From contig JBDHAC010000024.1 of assembly GCA_039588275.1 (NCBI GenBank), positions 1 through 64,000 on the forward strand: a DNA stretch of 64,000 bases, written 5' to 3'. Below the pieces are notes generated by a model that was not told where the DNA came from, did no database searches, and worked only from the letters and a program-made list of their open reading frames with translations. The stretch comes from Gemmatimonadota bacterium (lineage in GTDB: Bacteria > Gemmatimonadota > Gemmatimonadetes > Palauibacterales > Palauibacteraceae). This document shows positions 17,826 through 25,708 of the stretch, one piece after another. Numbering within the stretch: the stretch's first letter is position 1; every line of letters begins with the position of its first letter. A program made the position numbers and the translations under genes.

Positions 17826-18392
17826 ATGAAAGCGGTCATCCTGGACGGTGCGCGAAACGGTGACGGTGCGCTGAGCGCCGCGCATCGGATCATCGTCGAC
17901 GAGCTCCAGGGAATGGGGTGGGTGGCCGAGACCTTCGTCTTGCGTGAGTTGGACATCTCCTACTGCCAGGGGTGCTTCGAGTGTTGGGTGAAGACCCCGG
18001 GCGTGTGCGTTTCGACGGGCGCAGGACGCGACATCGCGAGGGCGGTCATACAGAGCGATGTGACCGTGTTCCTTACGCCGATCACGTTCGGTGGTTACTC
18101 CTCGGAGCTGAAGAAGGCCGTCGATCACCTCATCGGTCTGGTGTCGCCCTTCTTCATGCGAATCGGCGGGGAGACGCATCACAAGCCACGCTACGACAGG
18201 TATCCGCGATTGCTCGGTCTGGGTACGCTGCCGAACGCGGACGATGAGAGCGAACGCATCTTCACGACCCTGGTCGAGCGCAACGCCCTCAACCTGCATT
18301 CACCTGCCCACGCGGCTGGGATCATCTTGGACGCCTGGCCCGCCGCGGAAGTTCGGGCCGAAGTGCGGTCCCTCCTGATGGCCGCGGCGTAG
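17826..18392 (+). CDS. Flavodoxin-fold iron-sulfur flavoprotein / NADPH-dependent FMN reductase family
   Basis: CQGCFECWVKTPGVC (CxxCxxCx5C) and TPITFGGYSSELKKAVD. Confidence 0.85.
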   Translation: MKAVILDGARNGDGALSAAHRIIVDELQGMGWVAETFVLRELDISYCQGCFECWVKTPGVCVSTGAGRDIARAVIQSDVTVFLTPITFGGYSSELKKAVDHLIGLVSPFFMRIGGETHHKPRYDRYPRLLGLGTLPNADDESERIFTTLVERNALNLHSPAHAAGIILDAWPAAEVRAEVRSLLMAAA

Positions 18393-18396
18393 ACCG

Positions 18397-19101
18397 ATGA
18401 ACTCCCCGGGGCAAGTCCTCCTCCTCATCGGGAGCGCCAAGCGAAATCGCAGCACGTCGGAGGTGCTCGGTACCACCCTTCTCGAGCGACTGGGTGAGCA
18501 TGGGCTCGAGGGTGAGACGTTGTTCCTGCACCGGTCGGTTCACACGGAAGAGCGTCGCCAGGAGCTGCTCGCGGCGACCGAGCGCGCAGATATCATCGTG
18601 CTCGCCACGCCACTGTACGTGGACGCACTGCCCTATCTAGTCGTCCGCGCCCTGGAGCTGATCGCGGAGCACCGCCGAACGAGTCCCAACGCGGGCCGCC
18701 AACGCCTGGTGAGCATCCTGAACTGCGGTTTCCCGGAGGCGCACCATAACGACACGGCCCTCGCCATCTGTCGGCAGTTCGCGCGCGAAGCCGGTTTCGA
18801 GTGGGCGGGTGGACTCAGCCTGGGCGGTGGGGAGGCCATCAGCGGCCAACCCCTGGAGAGCAAGGGTCGCATGGTGCGGAACGTCAGCCGGGCCCTCGCG
18901 CTGAGTGCCGATGCGCTCGCCGAGGGCGACCCCGTGCCCGAGGAGGCCGTGAGACTGATGGCCAAACCTCTCGTTCCGGCACGCATGTACACCTGGCTGG
19001 GTGCGGCCGGTTGGAAGCGGCAGGCGAAGAAGCACGGCGTGGCTGACAAGCTCGGCGATCGTCCGTACGACACGGCGGCGGAATCGGTTGACCAGAGCTA
19101 G
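18397..19101 (+). CDS. Flavodoxin-like NAD(P)H-dependent oxidoreductase
   Basis: LLIGSAK..STS, ATPLYVDALP, NCGFPE and WAGGL. Starts 4 nt after the previous gene. Confidence 0.8.
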   Translation: MNSPGQVLLLIGSAKRNRSTSEVLGTTLLERLGEHGLEGETLFLHRSVHTEERRQELLAATERADIIVLATPLYVDALPYLVVRALELIAEHRRTSPNAGRQRLVSILNCGFPEAHHNDTALAICRQFAREAGFEWAGGLSLGGGEAISGQPLESKGRMVRNVSRALALSADALAEGDPVPEEAVRLMAKPLVPARMYTWLGAAGWKRQAKKHGVADKLGDRPYDTAAESVDQS

Positions 19102-19334
19102 AGGCCGAGGGCGCGCCGGTGTGGTGGTTTTCCCTATTGCCCGCTCCCCGGCTGCCGTGACTATGACCTCGTAGCGGTGGCGAACTCACGGTCGCCCCGC
19201 CCAGACGATGCCGCCGCAGGCGTCCCTCCCCTTTCAAATGGCCCTGCCGGCACCCCCCGACATCGTGACCGCACGAGCCCACCGCCCAAGAGCGTCCTCA
19301 CGTTGCACCGAGGCGATTGATCGCCCGTCGCGGG

Positions 19335-19844
19335 TCAGGTGCCCTCGATGATCAAGTCCAGGTGAGGCACGAACACCTCCTCAACATCTGGACGCACGTT
19401 CGTGGTCAGGATCACGACGCCGGAATGCTCCTCGATCCGCTGGAGCAGGTAGTCGATCTTCAAGTTGGCGTAGCGGTCGCCAGCGTCTCTCACCTCCGAC
19501 CGTTTGCTGAACAGGACGTCCGCCTCATCCAAGAAGAGAACCGCGCTGGCGCGCTCGGCCTCCTCGAAAACCCGTTCGAGATTCTTCTCCGTCTCGCCGA
19601 TGTACTTGCTCACCAAGCGGCTCAGGTCGACATGGAAGACATCTGTGCCCAACTCCGCCGCCACCGCCTCGACCGCCAGCGTTCTGTCGGGGCCGGACGA
19701 GTCCGTGAACAGAGCGACGACACGTCGGTGCTCGCGAGTCCGAATCGCCTGGATCAGGTCCCGCAGTCGCTCCACCAGTGCCGCGGAGGCCGCCAGTTCG
19801 CTCAACCCTCGCGTGGGCGTGTGCCTGTAGCCACCCTGCATCAT
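19335..19844 (-). CDS. Stand-alone AAA+ ATPase domain with degenerate Walker A; possible remnant
   Basis: VDLSRLVSKYIGETEKNL, Walker B VLFLDEAD, DRYAN, YLLQRIE and ILTTN are present. The P-loop reads FTDSSGPDRT instead of GxxGxGKT. Confidence 0.7.
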   Translation of the reverse strand: MMQGGYRHTPTRGLSELAASAALVERLRDLIQAIRTREHRRVVALFTDSSGPDRTLAVEAVAAELGTDVFHVDLSRLVSKYIGETEKNLERVFEEAERASAVLFLDEADVLFSKRSEVRDAGDRYANLKIDYLLQRIEEHSGVVILTTNVRPDVEEVFVPHLDLIIEGT

Positions 19845-19938
19845 CGCGCGTGGTGTCCTGGGAAGCGCGGGACTAGTATCGAGATGTCCCCGCCAATTGG
19901 CGCCGGGCGCGCCCTCGGCACCAGAGGAGGAGTACGAG

Positions 19939-21060
19939 ATGCACCCGAGCATCCCCCGACGAGCCTTTCTGAAGCGCGCCGCAGCGTCCGCGGTGGCTCT
20001 GCCACTGGCGCCTCGCGCGGCGCTCGCCGCCACGCCGGAGACCGAGGCGGGCCGTACCCCCGAGACGCCGCAGGATCCGGGCGCCCTCATCATGGACGCC
20101 ATGGGCGAGCTACGCCCGATCTACGAGCCGCCCCTCGTGCGCGAGATGCTCGCGAGCGGCATCGACTCGATCACCGTGACGCTGTGCGATCCGAAGGCGG
20201 AAGGGGCGGAGGTGCTCGAGCTCGCCGTGGACGGGCTGCTGGAGTATGACCGCTACCTGACGGCGCACCCCGAGCTGTTCGTGAAGGCCACATCCGTCGC
20301 GGATGTCGATGCCGCGCGTCGCTCGGGGCGGATGGCGGTCTTCTACCTGTACCAGAACACCACCCAGTTCGATGACGACCTGGACCGCGCCGACATGTTC
20401 TATCGGCTGGGTCTGACCAGCTGCCAGCTCACGTATAACGAGCGCAACCTGGCGGGCGTGGGGTGCCGCGCGGAGGGCGACGACGGCGGGCTCACCGATT
20501 TCGGGCGCCAGTTGATCGATCGGATGAACGCGCTCGGCATGCTCGTGGACGTGTCGCACGCGAACATGCGTACGATGGCCGAGGCGATCGAGGGCTCACG
20601 CATGCCGGTGATCATCTCGCACACCGGGTGCGATGCGGTGCACCCGCACGTGCGGAACACGACCGATGCGAACCTCCGGCTGCTCGCAGACCGCGGCGGG
20701 GTCGTGGGCGTGTGCCAGCTACGGCCCTTCCTGACACTGAAGAAGCAAGACAACCTGCACGCGTATTTCGACCACATCGACCACGCGGTTCAGGTCGCGG
20801 GGCTCGAGAGCGTGTGCGTCGGGAGCGACCGCGACCACCGGGTCATCGAGATGACGCCGGAGTACGTGGCGGAGCTCAGGGCGGAGGAGGGGAGCCAGGT
20901 CGTCGACCACGAGCTCCCATACTTCATCGATGAGCTGAACGGACCGCGCCGGATGGAAGTGGTGTGGGAGGGGCTCGCCGGACGGGGTTATTCAGAGGAC
21001 GAGATCGAGAAGATCATGGGGCTCAACCTGTATCGCCTCTATCGAGAGGTGATCGGGTGA
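19939..21060 (+). CDS. M19 membrane dipeptidase family protein, Tat-exported
   Basis: GAGGAGG RBS, Tat motif PRRAFLK, and QLTYN..N, GLTDFG, VDVSH, ISHTG, RN..D, GSD. Confidence 0.88.
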   Translation: MHPSIPRRAFLKRAAASAVALPLAPRAALAATPETEAGRTPETPQDPGALIMDAMGELRPIYEPPLVREMLASGIDSITVTLCDPKAEGAEVLELAVDGLLEYDRYLTAHPELFVKATSVADVDAARRSGRMAVFYLYQNTTQFDDDLDRADMFYRLGLTSCQLTYNERNLAGVGCRAEGDDGGLTDFGRQLIDRMNALGMLVDVSHANMRTMAEAIEGSRMPVIISHTGCDAVHPHVRNTTDANLRLLADRGGVVGVCQLRPFLTLKKQDNLHAYFDHIDHAVQVAGLESVCVGSDRDHRVIEMTPEYVAELRAEEGSQVVDHELPYFIDELNGPRRMEVVWEGLAGRGYSEDEIEKIMGLNLYRLYREVIG

Positions 21061-21069
21061 ACGCGACCC

Positions 21070-23499
21070 CTACTCGCTCCGGAGAGCCACCGCTGGATCG
21101 ACCCGGGTCGCGCGTCGGGCCGGAACGTAGATAGCGAGCAACGAAACGCCGGTCAGCACCGCGACGACGCCCGCGAAGGTCATGGGATCCGCAGACCCGA
21201 CGCCGTAGAGGCTGTTCCGCAGGATCCGCGCGAGGCCGAACGCGGCGGGGAGCCCTACGACCACTCCGATCAGCACGGGCCGTATCGACTGACTGACGAG
21301 AAGTCGGAGGACGTCGGTCTTTTGCGCGCCAAGGGCGATCCGGACCCCCATCTCGCGCCGCCGCCGACCCACCGCGTAGCTGACGACTCCGAAGACGCCA
21401 ACGGAGGCGAGTACGAGCGCCAACAGGGAGAAGATCCCCATCAGCGTCGCGGAGAACCGTTCCCTGGCAACCGACTCGGCCAACACCTGCTCCATCGTGG
21501 TCGCATCGTAGACGGGAACGCCGGGGTCGAAGCGCCGGATCTCCCGGCGCACGCTCTCGAGCGTTCCACCGATGCCGCTGCGGCTACGAACCACGAGCGA
21601 CAGGTTTCCGCGCCACGGAGCCTGATCGAAGAGCAGGTAGGCGACCGGGTTTCCCTGCACCCGCAGGCTTTCGTGGCGCACGTTGCCGACGACCCCCACG
21701 ATCCGCGGCACATATCCGAACATCCCGATGCTCGCGAACAAGGGATCCGTGCCGGGGAAGAACTGATCCGCCAGGGCCTCGTTCACGATCACCACGGGGT
21801 CGCCGTCGGGCCGATCGGCGCTCGAGAAGTCGCGGCCGCGCCGAACCGGGATGCCCATCGCGTCGAAGTATCCGGACGTGACGATGCTGAAGTTGACGCC
21901 GCGGTTCTCACCTTCGGGCGGCTCGGTCTCCCCGGGGAGCGTGATCTGGGTCCCTTGCCGATCCGCCGCGAGCGGGACGTCGTAGATGAAACCTGCGGCC
22001 TCGACCTCCGGGAGAGCCGCGATGCGGCTTCGTAGTTCCCCGTACGCGGTCACTCGGCTGCGGTCGTCCGTGTATCGGCCCTGCGGGAGCGCGACCGTAG
22101 CGGTGAGCGTCTGCTCCGGGGCCACACCGACGTCCGCGTCGCTCAGCCGTAGGAAGGTCTGGAACATCAGTCCGGCAGCGACCAGGAGTGCGAGCGAGAG
22201 TGCGATCTCGCCCGCAATGAAAGCGGACTGAAAGCGACGGTGGGCTCGGGCACCGGCCTCACCCCATCCACCCTCCCGTAGATGTCCGGACAGCTCGAGG
22301 GACGAGTTCGACCATGCGGGCACGAGGCCGAACAGCACCGCGCTGAGCATGGACACCGCGAACGTGAACAGGACCACCCGCAGGTCGAGCGCCGCCTCCG
22401 ACGCCCGCAACACCGTCTCCGGGGCGAGCCCCACCAGGCTTCGGAGTCCGATCCGGGCGAGCGCGAGCCCGACCGCCCCGCCTGCCAGGCCGAGCAAGAA
22501 ACTCTCGGTGAGCAGTTGGCGCACCAACCGCGCACGGCTGGCGCCAATGGCTGCCCGCACAGCGATCTCTTCCCGTCTCGCCGTACCCCGAGCGAGCAAC
22601 AAGTTGGCGACGTTGATGCACGCGATCATCAGCACGAGGCCGACGGCTCCGAGCAACAGCGCTAGTTGGCCGCGAGACTGTCCCGCGAGCTGCTCATGCA
22701 ACGGGACGGTCGTGACGGTCCAACCTTCGTTGGTGTCGGGGTACGCCCGCTCCAACCGCGTCGCGATCGCCCGAAGCTCCTCTTCGGCTGCCTCCCGCGG
22801 GATCCCCTCCCGTACCCGAGCGACCGTCGTGAGAAAATGAGCCGCGCGCGACGTCCCCTCGCGCAGAGGGAGCGGCGTCCAAAGGTCGGTGCCGCCAGTG
22901 GCCGGGCCGGACTCGGAGATCTCCGGGGGGAAGGAGAAACCGGGCGGCATGACCCCGACGATCGTTGCAGGCTCGCCATCCACTTCCACGGTTCGGCCGA
23001 CAACGCCGGGGTCGCGCGCGAACTGTGCGCTCCACAAGGGATCGCTCAGGATCACGAGTGGAGATCCGCCCGGGAGCATGTCGGCCTCCTGGAAGGGACG
23101 ACCGACTCGGGGGGACACGCCCAGGGCGGCGAACAGCCTCGCCGTGACTTGGGCGCCCTGTACCGCGACGGCGTTGTCCCCGCCGGAGAGTGCCATACGC
23201 TCCGTGGTGAACGCCCCGATCTCCTCCAGGCTGCGCGCCTCGTCACGCCAGTCCGCGAAGTTCGGAGGAGACGCGTACATGAAGCGGTACCCGCGGTCGA
23301 CGTTCCGCTCCCAGACCATCACCAGCCGCTCGGCATCCGGATATGGCAGGTCGCGCAGAAGGGTCGCATCGATGATGGAAAAGATCGCGCTCGTGGATCC
23401 GATCCCGATCCCGAGAGCGGCCACCGCGATGGCGGCATACGCGGGATACCGACGAAGAAGTCGTGCCTCGTGCTGAAGATCCTGCAGCCACCCGCTCAT
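21070..23499 (-). CDS. Duplicated MacB/FtsX-type ABC permease (ADOP-like), no ATPase domain
   Basis: Two MacB-PCD/FtsX halves: IACINVANLLLAR, EIAVRAAIGA, QLLTES, EMGVRIALGA, PARRATRVDP. Confidence 0.92.
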   Translation of the reverse strand: MSGWLQDLQHEARLLRRYPAYAAIAVAALGIGIGSTSAIFSIIDATLLRDLPYPDAERLVMVWERNVDRGYRFMYASPPNFADWRDEARSLEEIGAFTTERMALSGGDNAVAVQGAQVTARLFAALGVSPRVGRPFQEADMLPGGSPLVILSDPLWSAQFARDPGVVGRTVEVDGEPATIVGVMPPGFSFPPEISESGPATGGTDLWTPLPLREGTSRAAHFLTTVARVREGIPREAAEEELRAIATRLERAYPDTNEGWTVTTVPLHEQLAGQSRGQLALLLGAVGLVLMIACINVANLLLARGTARREEIAVRAAIGASRARLVRQLLTESFLLGLAGGAVGLALARIGLRSLVGLAPETVLRASEAALDLRVVLFTFAVSMLSAVLFGLVPAWSNSSLELSGHLREGGWGEAGARAHRRFQSAFIAGEIALSLALLVAAGLMFQTFLRLSDADVGVAPEQTLTATVALPQGRYTDDRSRVTAYGELRSRIAALPEVEAAGFIYDVPLAADRQGTQITLPGETEPPEGENRGVNFSIVTSGYFDAMGIPVRRGRDFSSADRPDGDPVVIVNEALADQFFPGTDPLFASIGMFGYVPRIVGVVGNVRHESLRVQGNPVAYLLFDQAPWRGNLSLVVRSRSGIGGTLESVRREIRRFDPGVPVYDATTMEQVLAESVARERFSATLMGIFSLLALVLASVGVFGVVSYAVGRRRREMGVRIALGAQKTDVLRLLVSQSIRPVLIGVVVGLPAAFGLARILRNSLYGVGSADPMTFAGVVAVLTGVSLLAIYVPARRATRVDPAVALRSE

Positions 23500-23599
23500 C
23501 GCCCCCCCTGTCGCGGGCTCGTCCGGTCTGGAAGAGGTATGGGCTTTTGGGAGTTGGACGCCATCGGGAGGCCCAAGGTTGGAGTCGTGGATACTCTGG

Positions 23600-23829
23600 T
23601 TATGCTACTCGGCCCGAAGCGCGAGGGCTGATGTCCGGTGATCCGCTCTCGGGAACCTGATAGACTCGCACGAGTCGATCCGGGTCCTCGAACGGAAGCT
23701 CGGGGCGCAGCGATGTCTTCGCGGCGCTGAAGATCGCGGTATTCATCCCGATCCCCAGCCCCAGAGTCGCGATAGCTACGATGGCGAAGAGCGGGTTCCT
23801 GCCGAGCTGCCTAGCGCGTAGCGAAGGTC
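23600..23829 (-). pseudogene. Decayed N-terminal fragment of another ADOP-type ABC permease
   Basis: DLRYA / frameshift near 23812 / RQLGRNPLFAIVAIATLGLGIGMNTAIFS...LPFEDPDRLVRV, then a stop after about 75 aa. Confidence 0.75.
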
Positions 23830-24026
23830 GTTCGTGCGGGCGATGCTCCCGTGCTGGGCTCCCGTGGCCAGAGATCCTTGAACTTGGACACGGGCACGCG
23901 CCTCTGGTTCCTGCATTCGATGGTCCCCGCGCTGATCGATACGAGCCTCCGGGCTGAAACTCTCCAGTCGCCCGAGCGCTGTCGGGAGCCCGGGTGAAGG
24001 GCCAGCTTGCGGGAAGGCAGGTGACG

Positions 24027-25157
24027 ATGGCGCACGACAAGCTACGGCAGAGATTCGAAGAGCTGCTCGCCCTGGCCGACGTGAAGATCGGTGGCGATCG
24101 GCCCTGGGATCTCCACGTCCACGATGACCGGCTGTACGTCAGGGTGTTGACCGACGGGCCTCTCGGGTTGGGCGAGTCGTACATGGATGGCTGGTGGGAG
24201 TGCGAGCAGCTCGATGAGCTCGTTCGCCGTCTACTCGACGCGGATCTGGACGAGCGGGTCAAGCCACGGCGGGACTTCCCGCGCCTCTTCCTGGCCAAGA
24301 TGGCGAGCCTCCGGGGCCCCGTGGATGCCTTCCACATCGGACGGCACCACTACGACATCGGCAACGATCTGTACCGACGCATGCTCGACGAGCGGATGGT
24401 CTACTCGTGCGGCTACTGGCGTGAGGCGACGACCCTGGACGAGGCGCAAGAGGCCAAGCTGGATCTCGTTTGCCGGAAGCTCGGCCTGTACCGCGGTATG
24501 AGGGTGCTGGACATCGGATGCGGGTGGGGCGGCACGGCCCGGTATGCGGCCGAAGAGTACGGTGTCAGCGTGCTGGGGATCACGGTTTCGGCGGAGCAGG
24601 TCAAGCTCGCGAGAGAGCTGTGCGCCGGTCTCGAGGTCGAGATCCGGTTCCAGGATTACAGAGAGCTGGATCGGAGCCGGGACGGCACGTTCGATCGGGT
24701 GCTGTCGCTCGGGATGTTCGAGCACGTTGGCCACAGGAACTATCGGACGTTCATGCACACCGTGCAGAAGCACTTGAAGGAAGAAGGCCTCTTCCTCTTG
24801 CACACCATCGGCGGTCTCCGGAGCGTCAGCCGCACTGATCCCTGGATCAACCGCTACATCTTCCCGAACTCCATGCTGCCGTCCGCCCGGCAGATCACGA
24901 CCGCGGTCGAGGGACTGTTCGTGATGGAGGATTGGCACAGCTTCGGGGCTGATTACGACCGGACGCTGACGTGCTGGCACCGCAACTTCGAAGACGCCTG
25001 GCCGGAGCTGAAGGGGCGGTACGACGAGCGGTTCCACCGTATGTGGCGATACTACCTGTTGGGCTCGGCGGGGTCCTTCCGCGCCCGCCGCAACCAGCTA
25101 TGGCAGATCGTGCTGTCGCCGCGCGGTATGCCGGGAGGGTACGTCGCTCCTCGCTAG
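24027..25157 (+). CDS. cfa: Cyclopropane-fatty-acyl-phospholipid synthase
   Basis: LGLGESYMDGWW, HYDIGNDLY, YSCGYW, VLDIGCGWGG, GMFEHVG, WINRYIFP, RMWRYYL and LWQIV. Confidence 0.95.
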   Translation: MAHDKLRQRFEELLALADVKIGGDRPWDLHVHDDRLYVRVLTDGPLGLGESYMDGWWECEQLDELVRRLLDADLDERVKPRRDFPRLFLAKMASLRGPVDAFHIGRHHYDIGNDLYRRMLDERMVYSCGYWREATTLDEAQEAKLDLVCRKLGLYRGMRVLDIGCGWGGTARYAAEEYGVSVLGITVSAEQVKLARELCAGLEVEIRFQDYRELDRSRDGTFDRVLSLGMFEHVGHRNYRTFMHTVQKHLKEEGLFLLHTIGGLRSVSRTDPWINRYIFPNSMLPSARQITTAVEGLFVMEDWHSFGADYDRTLTCWHRNFEDAWPELKGRYDERFHRMWRYYLLGSAGSFRARRNQLWQIVLSPRGMPGGYVAPR

Positions 25158-25330
25158 CACAGCCCACCGCGTGGGCTGACTCGGACTGCCGGGGGCGCCC
25201 TCCAGATCCCGGTGGCCTGCGCGGACATCGCTCGAATTCCGATTCAGCTCCACGGCGCGCAACCTTTCGTGCGGCAGAATGGTCGAATCAGGGTGAGACT
25301 ACGTGCGCCACACACATATTTGGCCCATCC

Positions 25331-25708
25331 ATGAAGCGTACGACTCGGAAGCCCGGAAGCAGCCTCCCCTTGAGGCCGGTCGAGTTCCACATCCTCCTGG
25401 TTCTCGCTGAAGGCGAACGGCACGGATACGGGATCATCCGGGACACGGAGATCCAGACCGAAGGACAGATGCGCCTCGAGACGGGGACGCTCTACCGAGC
25501 CCTGAGGCGCCTCTCCGCGCTGGGGCTCGTCCGTCCAACGAAGAGGCGCCCGGCGTCCGACCTGGATGACGAACGACGGCGCTACTTCGCCATCACGCCG
25601 ATGGGTCGCAGGGTGGCTGCAGCCGAAGCCCGTCGAATGGCGAAGCTGGTCGAAGTGGCGCGTGACCGCGACCTCATCCCGGGGGCGAAAGTGGCCGGGG
25701 CTGGCTGA
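25331..25708 (+). CDS. PadR family transcriptional regulator
   Basis: FHILLVL..GERHGYGI, GTLYRALRRL and DERRRYFAITPMGR. Stop overlaps the permease start (TGATG). Confidence 0.92.
   Translation: MKRTTRKPGSSLPLRPVEFHILLVLAEGERHGYGIIRDTEIQTEGQMRLETGTLYRALRRLSALGLVRPTKRRPASDLDDERRRYFAITPMGRRVAAAEARRMAKLVEVARDRDLIPGAKVAGAG

Noticed and set aside
19335..19844. eCIS or phage-tail locus suggested by the AAA ATPase subfamily
   Set aside because: No sheath, tube, baseplate or VgrG-like genes occur anywhere in the window.
25160..25178. Hairpin CAGCCCAC-cgc-GTGGGCTG after cfa
   Set aside because: It has no U-tract, so it cannot be called a terminator with confidence.
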